A DNA stretch of 63,492 nt, filler included, from Reticulomyxa filosa (Eukaryota > Protista > Foraminifera), in NCBI GenBank assembly GCA_000512085.1. It is 17 parts of 17 records of this genome, joined end to end, with 100 filler letters (N's around TTAATTAATTAA, not from the genome) between each part and the next. Parts side by side here need not be neighbours in the genome. Positions count along the whole stretch, not along the records: positions 1 to 10,875 come from ASPP01006429.1; positions 10,976 to 13,646 come from ASPP01022230.1; 15 more parts are not named here. One strand, written 5' to 3'. Shown piece after piece: positions 1 to 13,271 of this stretch. The translations under genes were made by a program, and so were the position numbers. Under the pieces are notes generated by a model. The model had not been told where the DNA came from. It searched no databases and was given only the letters and a program-made list of their open reading frames with translations. How positions within the stretch are numbered: the first letter of the stretch is position 1; each line of letters opens with the position of its first letter.

Positions 1-32
<32 letters not shown>

Positions 33-2492
33 CACGGTCAAAAAACGTATAAAAGTAACACAAACGAAATGTTGTTGTCGAGTGGTGCAATTACAAACGT
101 TTTTCAACATCCAAGCTGTTTTGAGTGCGTTGACATTTTGGAGCATTTGGGGCTGTTTTTTGTTGGCACCTGATGTTGATAATGTTTTACCAACTGCCGT
201 TATTTTCACCATTGTATCAACGTGGTGGAATCCAAGTTTATAGCCTTTTTTTTTATTTACAAAAAAAAAAAAAATATATATATATATATGCATGTGTATA
301 CATTTACATATATTTATAATAATATACGTAATAAGCATGTGCACATGCCACTTATTGCTCTGTTTAAATATAACACTTTTGTCTTCAGCCTATTATTCCG
401 TGGCACGTTATAACCTTCGTACAAGATGCAGTTTTGCTTGGTTTTGGAGTTATTTGGTAATTGGGGTATGCATTGGGCTGATCCAGTTGCTGCTACTAAT
501 TTACTATTGGAATGGTCGATTTATTTCAAAAACGCATACGCACTTTAAACACAACTTTGCATATTTTTCTAGCTTTCGAGATCCTCGTCTCATCGATCGA
601 CATTTGTATGAATGGCTGCAATCGACAATACTCTGCTTGGGAGGCCTTGTAAGTATCGTATATTATTTCCCAATGGTCGGGTATTTATTCTATCGTACGC
701 CCATCACATTTGGCATCAGTCATTTGTTTTGCGCGATTTGTTCTTTGTTTATTCCATTGCTCGTGCGAGGGGCGGAAGTCGGTGAAAAAACCATTTACAT
801 CTTTGGCAACGAAGTTAAAATCCATTGGAGCCAAACCACTCTCGTTCTGATCTCTTTGGTCGTGTTGTCCATATTTTTGGCCAGCAGTGGTCTTTCGTGT
901 ACATATTTCAGAAACAAGAAAGCCATTGTTCGATCACAGTCGAGTGTTGCTGGCAAAACGGGCGACAATGTGGAAGTGCACATGGTTTGTACATCTGTGA
1001 TTTTCTTACCTTTGTACTTTCACTGCAAATTTTTCCCATCAACTTCAATATCATAATATATTACAGGGATTGATGACAACACTTGCATTCGTTTTCAGGT
1101 TTAATTCATTTTTCTCTTTTCCTTTTTTTTTTTTTTAACCTTGCATCTTCATTGCTTTGTTAAGGTTATTGTTGTCGTTGTGTGGCAAATAGCATCCTTG
1201 ACTTTGTCTCCGATGCTGTCTATGCCTTTGCAAATCCCAACTATCAAATATTGGTTCAAATTGGTGTCATTCTTGTATTTGGTGGCGAAACTCTTGTGTC
1301 CTTGTGGTCTTTGTCCGCCGCTGTAAATCAAATGCAAAAAGATTTTGGTTGAGTAGATTTGGTTTTGTTTTTTTTTTTTTTTTATGTAAGATAGTTGTGC
1401 TACGGAAACAGGTGCTCCAAACGTTTACAAGTACATTTGGCAACGCCTTGAAGAGTCATGCTATTATTTGCGATGCTTTTTATGGCCAGTTTGCATGGGC
1501 TTTTATTATTTTGTTATCTTATGTGTGTCGACGTTCCTGGCATTAACTAAACTTATTGCTATTAAGCAAGTGCAGTTCAGGCCATGTCTCACTTTTGTGC
1601 ACTTTTGTACTCTTCTCCTTTCAAACAGAGTCGCTCTTCCATTTGATGAAAAGAGCCAAAACAATTGAAAACAAACAAAAAGATATTGGTGGATGGGCCT
1701 GATGGTTGTGGACTATGGCATCAATGTGGAAGAGGCAAAACTTGGGAAATTAGAGAACAAAATCAAAAATGAAATAGAATTGCAACAGGAAAGATCTGTT
1801 TCTGAACATGAACAAGAGATGCTACCTGACAAAGGTCCCTCAAAAATAGGCCAAGAATTAAATATCAAGCCTCCGGGACCAGTGAATTTAGTCCAAATGC
1901 GCTCGATGACAGAAAGTGCTTTGACCTTGGTTCAGAGAAAACATTCATTGGGCGATCCTGAGGAAAATGCGGAGGAAACATTTTGGCTTTGGAAACTTTA
2001 TTATTGGATTGATGGACTAGCACCACAAAGCATAAAAAGATTGAAAGTCTCTGCAGAACTTTATAATTCTTTTTTTGTCAGGTAGCTTTATTGCTGTTTC
2101 ATGTATTTTATTTCTGCTTTTTCCTTATCACAATACTTAAATCGATTTTTTTTTTGTTGCCGCTCGAATAATCCCAACGTCTCTGTTGGTATTATCAATA
2201 TTCAAATTTGATAGTGAACTAATTTGCGGTAGGTTTTGTAATTTATTCATGTCCTATATTTGTCGCATATACTTATCTTCGATTCTTTTTCATTCTATGT
2301 GATTGTTCTTCATTTACAGAGTCCCTGCCACAGTTGATGCTGAACGTTGTCAATACACAATTATCAAATTCGTTCAACGTGATCAGTTATGTGTCTGCCT
2401 TTTTTAGTGCTGCCATGATCATCTATCACGTTGTCAAAATTGTGTACTACGTTGGATACAAGAACCACGACTTAAAAAATTTTTTGCTTTAA
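33..2492 (+). CDS. Multi-exon polytopic membrane protein (5' truncated), C-terminal XK-related-like motif
   Basis: Hydrophobic ORFs 292-1056 and 1693-2085. Manual splicing 2081|2215-2228|2320 gives ...LYNSFFVSELICESLPQLMLNVVNTQL...FFSAAMIIYHVVKIVYYVGYKNHDLKNFLL* (TAA 2490-2492). The E-x-x-P-Q-L motif resembles XK/Xkr proteins; the family call is tentative. Confidence 0.55.
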
Positions 2493-2851
2493 AAATTTGT
2501 CGTGTGTTCGGTGATGTGATAATAAGTGTGTCGAGTATTGAATATAATAGTTCTTCAAAAAAAAAAAAAAATTACAAAATAATTTATTTTTTCATGGTCT
2601 GCTCGGGACAATCCAGAGAGGCCATTTAGTATCAACAAGTGATTTTTGAGAACGAAAAAAGATTGTTCAACATCCAAACTTATTTCAACAAAAAGTGCGT
2701 CATAAATAAACAAAAACACTCTGTTGCAAGCAAATGAAAACAGCTTCATTTCAAAAAAAACACGCATGTAATTGCACCTCTGCAGGTGATTTATTTTTCA
2801 GAATTGACAAGGCAAATGTTTTTTTTTTGCCCAATTGCACCACAGTTTGTA

Positions 2852-5024
2852 TCACAATTCAGGGTGGCTTAAGAAAAACTTTAACAAAAGAAAAGGTTTG
2901 TGGTTTTGCAGTTTTCCATTCAAATCAACAGTACTTTGAGTGAGAGCACAAGAGAATTGATATGCCAAACGATCTACGGTGAGCCTATTTCTGGAGCTGT
3001 GCTTGAGAACCTCTCTCAAAAAGGAAACCACATACAGGAATGTATTATAGTGTGACAAAGGTAAAATAGTAAGTGCTTGTCTGCAATATTGCGTTATATC
3101 GGTGTTTTCATCAAAATTGGAGCACAAAGAAGCTGGGAATACTGGATCTTGTAATCCTTCCAAAAACCTTACCAATGCTTCCCCAAAGGAATGGATATCA
3201 CATTTTTCGAAATCTTTGTTAGTGTCCAAACATTCGCGAATCATAGCGATATCGTTCTGAGATCCCTTGGTAATAAATATGGACTCTGTGTCCATCCCAT
3301 TTTTATACAAGTGTTCGACCAATCGCCAAAGTTCCTTTGGAATAGACAGCACCTGACTACTGTCGTCTTTGGACAAATCTGTGGTGCTATTCGAGCCTTT
3401 GTCTTTCTCTTTGTCACTTTGTGTTATTTCGACAAAGCGAATGGGTTCCTTTAGACGAATTAAATAATCAAGTTTCTGTCCAAAGCACGAAGGAATGTAA
3501 TCGGCATGAATGGTAACAAAGTGGAGTACTTCTTGGCCAACCCCTAAAAGAATGGTTTCGTCAATTCGGTTGTGATTGTCCATGATTTTCTTGCAACAAT
3601 TGGAAGTGACCAAAATTTCAATTTTCACTTGAACTTTTTCTTTGACGGGGATAGTCCCTTGAGGCCGATCAATTTTCAACCAGCCTGGCAATGAGGGATT
3701 TTGCGGAGATGGCCCAAACTCGTAACGCACGGGGACATTGCCAATGTTGAAAATGGTATAATGGCGAGCCGAAGATTCGCCATATTTGACGCTCGGAAAA
3801 GAAAGTTCATTATCGGCGCGAATGGCAGGAATCAAAGAATTTCTTGATGATCTTTGCGTTTGCGAACCATTTCCTTCACTTTGGAAAGCTTGTCACGATC
3901 AAATACATTACACTCATAAGTGAGCCAGGCATACACCGGACGATGGTCGCTCATGGTCAAGTCCTGCACGGCATCGTATTTTAAGCATTTCACATCGCCG
4001 ATATCGCCAGTGGGACGTTTGCCACGTCGCCACAAGACGCGATCGCACCATGCCGGCATACGTACTTTCTTGTCAGGACGTCGGTCATATTCTTTGGTAT
4101 GGGGTTGGTATTTGTACGTCGGGGGAAAGTCAATATCAGGTTCGGCAAATTCAGCAAATGCATTTTTTTGGGTTCTCTCCAAAATCATTTGATCCTTTGC
4201 CAATAGTGTCTTCCATTCCTTTCTCCCAATCAGCTCGTACACCAATGGAATGCTTTCGAAGTTCAATCTGTAATTGAGGTCCCCTAGCCAAAAGTCATAT
4301 CATGATGCGTCAAAACCTCAGTGCTTCCAAATAGCGTATTGTCCGGGTCATTGTTTTCCTTCTTTTGTAAGACTTCCTTGTTCTGCTTCGATTCGTCGTT
4401 CCCGGCCTCTTCTCGGTCTTTCTCCTCGTTTCTTAAGAATTTCAAGTTTTCGATAATCTTCCAAAAGTCTTGGTTCCTGCCTTGGACGTTATTTTGCTGC
4501 GCTGCGAGGTGGGACGAAATAAAACACAGGTGCGAATCATAAAACTTCATATGGAAACCTATGCCACCTTTGTTTCCGACTGTGCCAAACAGTCCTACTG
4601 CACATGTATTCACCAAACAATCGGATATGTGCTCCACCATGTCCGTTTTGGCAAATGCCAATAGTAACAAACCCACCATCGATTTGCTGCAAACTTTACT
4701 ATAGTCGCTTCCCAGAACTTTTCCTACGCATTGCTCCCATTCCAATTTCACTTCGCTTTCCATCAAATAACTCGTCGCATTGTTCAAATCTACTATTTCT
4801 TGAAACGCCATCACATATATGTCCGGAGAACCTCCATATGCTTCCAGCATGTTTGGGTCCAATAACAGCAATTTAATACCGCTTTCGTTGCGCTCACTTG
4901 AAGGGTTCTTTGCATTCACGTTGTACGTGCTGCAAAATATATTCACTTTCTTTTTTTCCGTGTATTGCTTCCATTCTTTTAACACTTCCCATTCGAAATA
5001 CTCACTTGATACGTCCCAATCCAT
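2852..5024 (-). CDS. OCRL: Inositol polyphosphate 5-phosphatase OCRL/INPP5B-like (5-phosphatase + ASH + inactive RhoGAP), apparently intronless, two 1-nt frameshifts
   Basis: Motifs STYNVNA, FQEIVDL, GNKGG, SSHLAA, (W)LGDLNYR, FPPTYKY, PAWCDRVLW, SDHRPV, followed by ASH (NIGNVP..F, YIPSCFG) and RhoGAP (SIPKELWRLV). The GAP arginine position reads IFIT. The three ORFs are joined by adding one base at homopolymers near 4290 (T4 to T5) and 3838 (A3 to A4). Confidence 0.92.
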
Positions 5025-5917
5025 GCTGTATTTTTTTTTTTTACCTTTTTGAGTAAAAAAGTTCCGTTCTTCGGCTTTGAGTAACCGGTTTTGACAGAAT
5101 TATTACGTGAAAAATAAGCAGTTTGTTTTATTGAAAAAAATTCAGTTAATGGCTGACATTCAATTACATATCTCGATAGAGAAAATGAAAACGATACTTT
5201 TCTTATTTTGAATGGTGGTGCGAATCACCGCCTATGAAAAAATTAAGGAATTTGAGCACTTTCCTTGTAATTTTGTGCGCAAAAAAATAACTATCGAAAA
5301 GTTAGTCTATGATTTCGAAAAGTATAAAAAATTTTAATGGTCATTGATGGAACTAACTATATCAAATTGATTTTCAAAAGTCAAAAAAAGTATAATAATC
5401 CTACATTGGCATATGGTCCACATTCATACAATAGGCTGGATCAAATAGGAATATATATATATTTTTGATTTTATTGAATTACTGTGACATTTATTTTCGG
5501 TTTACTATTTTTATATAGCACAATAGATTTTTATTTGAACTATGAACTCTTTGTTTTATCTTCTCTGTACATTTCTTGTATTAAAAACGTAACAAAACAA
5601 CGAAATGAAAATAAGCTTTGTGATTCGAGGCAGATTTTTTTCCCCCAATACAACGTATGAATGCAAGAGCTAGTGTATTTTATGAAGAAGCTCTTGAGAG
5701 AACAACCAACAAGAGCACTTTGAGAACAATGGCACTAACTCTTCTTATCTGCGCACAAAGGGAAAAAAAAAAGAAAAGTAAAATAAACTAGACAGAACAC
5801 AGAGAGCAACATTTGCTTGCATCCAAATTTGAAACAACAACAACAACAAGAGCAGCAACAACAAATCCCAAACGTCTTTTCAAACATTGTAATGAAATAA
5901 GTATCTTTTGAATAGTT

Positions 5918-8540
5918 TTAACCGAGAGTTGTGACTTGGTTGATAGCATGAACCCATGCCTTTGCATCTTCGGTAGAAGAGCACTCAAACTTCCAAGTTT
6001 TGTCGGACATGACAACATCAAAGCGCCGTCCAATTTGGTCAACCTTGGCGCCTTTGAAGTCGGTGGAGCTGTAGTCTCTGGCCTGAGGTTTGTCAGAGTA
6101 TTGCATGGTTCCGTCTTTGAAAAGCCGGAAGAACTTGGCTTCCCACAAGCTGAAAATGCCAGGACGTTCTTTTTTCATCGTGCCTTCCTTAACGACGGCC
6201 ACGGGACTTGTGATGGACCTGCCAGAAGGGTATGCAGAGGTAATAGGCTTGGATGCGATCGCCCTGTCGCCAAAAGCGTTGGAAGGCCTGCGCATTTTCT
6301 TTTGGTCATTGGCATACATTTGTATCTTGATGATACTGTCTTTGAACACCTTGTTGTTTTTTTCGCCAACGACAAGAGCAGGAAAAAACTGTTCGACCAG
6401 AGACTCCAAAGTGCGAACGTCGCTGACCATGCTATTATTATTGTTGTTGTTGTTGTTGCTGACGATATTGGAGCCAAACAGTGATGCGTTGGCTTTTTGT
6501 TCCCATAAAAGACAGAGCGTCTCGGTGGTAAGAAGCGTGAACAAGCGATCGCAATATATTTCAGTAAGCTCAATGTAAGGCTTAGTGGAGTAGTGCGTAT
6601 TACGCAAAGACGAGGAGACGAGCGAAAGGAATTTGGGATCCTCATACTTTTTGATCGACTCTTGTTTTTCGACTTGGAATTTGGAGTCAAGCAACAAACG
6701 TAGTCCAAACAACTTTGCGAAAGTGCTGACATTTTCGGAGCCAATCCGGACTTCAAAGTTGAGCACATTTTCAAAGAGTCGACTCAAGTGCCAATCGCCA
6801 CACGTACTGGCGATATTGCCGGCGACGGAGACGACAATGCCCAAAATGGGGACATTGTTTAATAAGTCTTTGGCAAGTTGGACAGTGCCCATAGCGAAAT
6901 TCATCACAGTACTCTCAAACACTACTCTGGTGTTCACATAATCTGATCGGATGATTTTGCTGTCGAAGAAATACATAGTGACCTTCTTTACAATGCATGT
7001 AAAGATTTCGCGATCAATTTCGTCTTTAATCTGCTGCGAAATCCTCAGATTTATGTCCTGCGTAATCTGTCGCAACATCTGGTCCACAGACTGGCTCATT
7101 TGTATGCGCTCGCTTCTCCACTCGTTCATCGACTCGGATACGCTGCCCATTTGTCGATTCATGTTCTTTAACTCTGTGTGAATCCTTTGCAACTCCATTC
7201 GAAGTGACTCTTTCCCACCTTGTTTCTGCTTCTTGCGCTGTCTCATCTCAATCGCTGTCTCCTCATCCGATGGCTCTTCTTCCTCGTTCTCTTTCTCTCG
7301 GCTTGCTTTTTTACTCTCATTTGCATTCTTCTCTTTTTCTTGCTCTTTACTATCATCAACATTTGCATTTGCATTATTATTATTATTATTATTATTATCG
7401 TCGTCTTCATCTTCGTCTTCGAATCCTGTCTTTGTTCTCGTGTAACTCTCGTCTCCACTCGGAGTCACCATGTCCATCTCGCTGTCGTTGCTATGTCTGT
7501 CGAGCACCTCTTCGAGCATTTGCTGCAATTTGTCCCGTGCCTCTTTTGCACTTCGCTTTGTTTTTGACATTCATTAAAAAATAGTCCCCGTTTGTCATTG
7601 AGCAAAGTGAAAACATATACATATATGTATATATACATATATGTATATGCATATATATAATATTTATTTATTTATATTTATATTTATATACATATATATA
7701 TACATATATATATATATATATGTATACAAAATACATACAAGTTTCTCTCGCATCTTCTGAATGTCTGCCAATAATCTCTTCCCTTCCTCTTCTCTTTGCT
7801 TTTTCTCCGACAGTGCGTCGTTCTATTGCACATCGCAAACAGTTTGAATCACGTTTTTTTTTTTTTTTGTCGTACATTCGCTTGCAAACACAAAATACAA
7901 AACATGAAAGTTCATTGCTTTCTGTTCCAAGCTTCGAATTTGCAGGGTTTTTCTTCGATTTCTTTCTTCAACATTTCTTCTTTTTTGTTATCCTTTTCTG
8001 TCGGTGTTCGATTTTAAAAAAAAAACACGTGTGTGTTTGTGTTATGTGATTGATTATAAAAAAAAAAAAAAAAAAAAGACAAATATTGCAAACAAACAAA
8101 AAAACTGGTATCGTCGGAGGCTCTGCCTTCAATTCCTCGAGCACGAGCTCCACAATCTTTCCAATCAACACTTTTCCTTCTTTCCATGTGTCTTGCAACT
8201 GCGGAAATAATATCTCGCCTGTGCGTGAATCTACTCTGCCATGTTCCAATCCTGCCATTATTCGAAGGAGTGGAGTCACTTCGGGAAATCCGCGCAACAG
8301 ATGACTTTTTTTTTTTGTGTGGCCGTGTTTTTGTCTTGTTTATGCATTCGCTTCTCACTCCACTTTTTTTAACCCCTTTTCCAAAGCCCTACACATTTAA
8401 CAATAGGTTACAAACATGTCTAAATCATAATTCCCACTTAGTCCTTTCATTGGCACGCGCCAATGTCCTCCGGAAACATTCGAAATATTTGGCACTGCTT
8501 CGAGACTCTGCAAGTGGGCATTATAATCATACTGCTCCAT
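5918..8540 (-). CDS. Multi-exon protein: N-terminal UEV/UBC-like domain, coiled coil, low-complexity linker, helical domain, C-terminal PH domain
   Basis: Exon 1 from ATG 8540 (MEQYDYNAHL...YDLDI); exon 2 HLLRGFPEVTPLLRI...VDSRTGEILFPQLQDTWK...ELKAEPP (UEV-like); two short coiled-coil exons (about 7992-7904 and 7821-7738); then ORF 5918-7570 ending in a PH domain (KEGTMKK..W..KFFRL...SSTEDAKAWVHAI). One A-run frameshift near 7950. Confidence 0.72.
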
Positions 8541-9106
8541 TTTTGTGTTCCTTTGTATTCAAAATTTGCTCCACAAGGAATATGAAGAGAAAAGGAGGTT
8601 CCCAAAGAAGAATGTGTCTTTGCAGCAACGTAAAAACTTCAAAAAAAAAAAAGAAAGCAGTTGATTAAAAATTTTGTTACTTAGTGGCGAAAAAGCAATC
8701 CATTATATAATAATTTCTCTTTGCGATAAGAATAAAAAGATCCTTTATCTAATTTCAATGAACAATAATCTATTGATTTTCTTCTTAAGAACTAATGTTG
8801 ATTGTTTCTACGACAAAGGCAAGAACGAAATAGGAATGATTTTCCAATTAAAAAAAGAAAAAATACAAAAAAAAAAAAAACAAAAATTCGAACAAATGAC
8901 ATCTACAATGAATAATTTCATCTTATGATACGTGTTAAGACGCAATGGGGGAAAAAAAAAGCATGAGCAACCAACTGAAGAGAAAAAGCTAACAATTAAA
9001 TTTAAAAGAGTTAATGTTTTTCCTTCAGTTGTTGCAATTGTTTGCTGTTTCATTCTTTTTTTTTTTTTTTTAATTTTATGTGAAAATAATGATCAGAAAG
9101 AGAAGA

Positions 9107-10848
9107 TTAATGAATTTTCTCAATCTCTTCGATTTTAACCATATCGACGAATTCTTCTTTCAAATTTCGTCGCGACCACCATTTTCCGTATTCCCAGGTG
9201 GTATTCACTCCCAGCGCAACAGCGCCGTATGGGTCATCTTCTTCATCTCCTGGAAACCTATACTCATACTTGAGAACGCGAACAGCTTTAATCGGTGTCC
9301 CAACTTGTTTGCCGAATGGATTGTGTGCCAGCAGTTTGGTGACATGTCCATTATTTTTCACGAGTTCCTTCAAGAACCTCAAAAACCATTCGTTGTTTTC
9401 TCGCGAGAATGGTCGCAATGGTAAAAACCAAAGACGCCTTTTGCCGATAAGGCCAATGCACAAGCAAACAAACAAAAAGAGGAAAAGTGTTATTTTTGTT
9501 TGATTATTTTTGTAAAAAGAGGTTTTGGAACATATCCAAAAAAAAAAATAAAAATAAAAAATACCAGTCAAGTCTAGGCATGTGCAAAAAAGCAAAGGGT
9601 GGTCTACGGTTAATGTCCCCTGGTTTGTATTGGAATTCATATGTTTTCCAAACGCAATGCAATTTCTTTGACCGGTTTTCAGAAGCTTCATTGTTAAGGA
9701 TTTCTTCTTTCGCGATAGCTTGTGGATTGGTAGATTCCGTTTTTTTGGATGCGACGTCAGCAGTGCTGTAAGAATCACGCACACACACACATATACATAC
9801 ACATATACACATACATATGTAATATAAAAAAACAAACTACATTGAGAAAATGTCATTTGGTCTCTCTATATTTTTATATTTGCACTCAAAAAGAGAGAGA
9901 GAGAGAGACAGACAGACAGACTTCCGAACTGAGACAAGAGGGACTCGTTCTGATTCCCGGAAAGATTGACAGGGTTCTCTTTTTCCAAAGACAGAGCCGG
10001 AGCATCGGAGGAGATGACATGATACTGCGAAGCAACGGATGGATCGTCGGTGGTGCCTTGGATAATAAGTTCGTGACGGAACATGGTCATCCTCGCAAAT
10101 AGACCATAGCTGTTCAAAATTCCCCACATGGAGAGTTTTAAGACGAACATACGAAAGCCAAAGCAGTCTGGAAGCTCAATTCTGCGGTATATGACGTGAA
10201 ACAATGCTCGTATGCTTGCACACAAAATTAGGACAAACCACACAATGCCAAACATCAAAGACAAATACGAACCAATGGTATTGGACCACACAATGTTACT
10301 TTTGTCTCCATTGATGCCAATCCAGCTGTTCATTGTCGAAGGCCAGATGTTGTCATCAAAACATAAAATACTTAAAGACGCTGTCATTACGTTAAAAAAG
10401 CCAAAATTGCCTTTTATTATTATTTTAGATTTATATTTATTAGTTGTGTTTGTGTGTGGGTATATTTGACACATGCATGCTATCGCACATGCATGCACAC
10501 ATTTCGAATTTCAAAAGAAAGAGCTTGTGAGCAACAAACCTGAAGCAAAGATCAAAAACATCAAGCCACAGGTGTTTGCGGCGGCAATTAATCGAGCAAT
10601 GCGAAAGGGGAAAAAAATGGGCAGAATGAAAAAGATCTCTGCGACAATGGAGCCCCATGACGAGAGTTTGAAATGTCCCCCACGGTGGAATAATATCGAC
10701 GTCGGACTCGGGAGCGGCTGGGTCCAATAATGATACCGCATTGCATCCCCATCACGCCAGGTCGGACAACCACTGGCAAGCTTTACAAATCCTGCCGATA
10801 TCATCAATCGATAGTGTAGCCAATAGATTAATGTGATGCCAATTCGAC
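9107..10848 (-). CDS. Lipase maturation factor family protein (LMF1/LMF2-like), 5' truncated, spliced
   Basis: LMISAGFVKLASGCPTWRD..AMRYHYWTQPLP, NSYGLFARMT, YEFQYKPGDINRRPP...HMPRLDW, LWFLPL, WFLRF..LL.HNPF, VRVLKYEYRF are LMF-family motifs. Confidence 0.9.
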
Positions 10849-10875
10849 CTTTTTTTTTTTTTTTTTTTTTTTTTT

Positions 10876-10975
10876 NNNNNNNNNNNNNNNNNNNNNNNNN
10901 NNNNNNNNNNNNNNNNNNNTTAATTAATTAANNNNNNNNNNNNNNNNNNNNNNNNNNNNNNNNNNNNNNNNNNNN
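10876..10975. other. Artificial contig linker N44-TTAATTAATTAA-N44 (first of 16)
   Basis: Identical 100-bp linkers with stops in all six frames also occur at 13647-13746, 17757-17856, 22648-22747, 29917-30016, 32029-32128, 35017-35116, 36219-36318, 45182-45281, 47371-47470, 49978-50077, 52488-52587, 54190-54289, 57205-57304, 58516-58615 and 62011-62110. Adjacency across linkers is not biological. Confidence 0.99.
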
Positions 10976-11580
10976 TTCTACGTTGCGTAGTTTTTGAGAA
11001 AACTCAATTTCTTGTTAACTTAATTTTTTTTTGCAAAATTTAATATTATTTTCAAAGTTTGTACATTGTGAAAGTATGACCTTTTTTTTTTTTGTTTATT
11101 CTTGATTTTTCTACTTTTTTTTCTAATCCAAACAAATGAAGTTAATTCAAAAACATAAGAACTGATTTTTTTTTGTGATAAGATTGTTTTTAATGAAAAT
11201 TACAATTTTGTTAAACAGCTTTTTGCATTGGATACTGATTGTATTTTCTCTGGAATCGATTTTGTTAAATTTGTGATGTTTCTTTTTATTTTTTTTACAT
11301 TCTAATTCAAATTTTTCAGTGATTCTTCTTTCGATCCGAATGATCCATTTTTGAATATTTTTGATTTCACTATCCACCACATATTTTCGATTTGCTTCAG
11401 GTCTGAAGAATTAGAAGCGAAATTAATATTTTGATAGCGTTTTGTTCAAATCTTCTTTTGCTGTGATTTCTGTGTGACTGATGGCATTATCTTGCTGAAA
11501 TATATAATTCAATTATCATAAACATTAATTAATGCTTTCTAAGCATTTCATCATAGTATTTCTTTGTAAAAATAAATATA
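10976..11580 (-). mobile_element. Degenerate Tc1/mariner transposon 3' fragment with terminal sequence
   Basis: Minus strand reads IFQQDNAISH..TAKED....AIKILI...NSSDLK.IEN.W (DDE core, frameshifted). The end at 10976 (ttctacgttgcgtagtttttgagaaaactcaattt) matches the reverse complement of about 29808-29843. Confidence 0.8.
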
Positions 11581-11853
11581 ATTTGTATCAAAAAGAAAAT
11601 GAATTCAAGATATCTGATTGATCCATAAACAAAATACAAAAAACAAAAAAGAAATTGTGACCGATATTCTCAGACAAAAAGAAACTGAAGAAACAAATTT
11701 TACAATGAATAAACCCAAGCAATGAACATATAAGCATAAAAAAAAACAAACGAAGTAGACCGTAAAACAAAAATAAAATAAAACAACAATAAAAAAAAAT
11801 TAATAATAATAGCCCCTTTGAACCCAACACTAGGTTCAAAAAGTTAAAATAAC

Positions 11854-12101
11854 TTAAGGTTTTTTCTGAGTTTTTAGATGTATTTGGGTTGGACATACGT
11901 TTGGAGGACATTCCAAAACGAAACGTACACAACGACAAATGTCATCAATTTGGATCATTTCATTGGGACCCAAATGCGAGGGTTTAAGCATGCGGCGATC
12001 ATTTTCGCACGTGTTTGTGTGTGGTGCAAGTTTGGCGAGATTATAAGGAATACATTGTCGATTTTCATCCGCAAGCAAGTCATCTGAGGAAAAAATATAA
12101 C

Positions 12102-12134
<33 letters not shown>

Positions 12135-13236
12135 TAGTATTATTATTATTAGCCATTGTTATAAAAATATAATTTTTTTAAAAAAAAAGAAAGAAAAACC
12201 TGGAATAATAGTGCACACTTTTGTGCCATACTGACGAATTTCTTCAAACAAGGCATTGGCAAATCCGCAAACTCCATGTTGTGAAGCACAGTATCCACTG
12301 ACATTTTGATAGGATTGGATGCCGGCGATACTACTAATAAAAATGACAGCAGTAGAAGAAGTGAATTCATTTTGTTGCGTGTTATTGTCAGTCTTCTCAC
12401 ACGCCGTTTGTTTGTGATTGTGTGTGGCAGTTTCGATAATGTAAGGACTCATTATTTTCACCAACTTCATCACACTAATCAAATTGTGTTCAATGTCTTG
12501 TTTCCATTTCGATAAGATTTCATAGTCATTTTTATCTTTGTCTTTCCCAATACCAGATAATATGGGGCCGTATTGAGCCACGTTGCTGTGCAAGACGATG
12601 ATGTGCAAGGCTCCAAACTTTTCCATAGTCCTATAAAAAAATTTTCGTAGTCACTCCATATTGTCATAAATATATATACATATACATATATACACATATA
12701 TGTATATATTTGTTTTGGAGTTTATATGTACGTATAAATTATATCGTAACGTTTTAATTGCAAATTCGCAATCACTGACATTGGCAATATTGCCGTAAAT
12801 GCTGAGAACTTGCACGTTTGGATGAGTGTCCTTGACGCTGTCCGACATTTTAGTGAGAATATCCTCGTCCAAGCCAATCAATACGACGTGATACCCTAGG
12901 CGAGCTAACTCGGTGGTCAAGCCTTGTCCAATGCTACTGCACGCGTTGGGTATCATCGCCACCCCATTGACCCGCCGCCGCGACCGATGGCGACCATTAC
13001 CACTCTCATGCTGACGATGACGACGGTGATGATGATGATAATGATGATGATGTTGATGTTGCCTTTGATGTTGCCTTTGATGTTGCTGTCTGTCTTTCTG
13101 TTGTTGCTCCTCATGACGATGACGGTGCTGAGGAGGAGGAGGAAGAAGGGGAGGGGGAGGAGGGATGTCATTACAGTCTTGACGATCATGCGTGGGATGC
13201 TGATGCTGACCATGAAAGTGGCCATGAAGATGACGC

Positions 13237-13271
<35 letters not shown>

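Noticed and set aside
1-31. Contig-edge poly-A/poly-T as mRNA tails, retrocopies or telomeres
   Set aside because: The runs abut AG acceptors or GT donors of internal exons, so they are intronic tracts where assembly broke.
3830-4295. Programmed -1 frameshifting or insertional RNA editing in OCRL (also at about 7950, 30873, 37440, 43060 and 58120)
   Set aside because: All fall in homopolymer or dinucleotide runs, apparent over-calls also occur (about 25450-25515), and the bacterial contig shows the same defect. Pyrosequencing-type error is the simplest explanation; raw reads versus cDNA would settle it.
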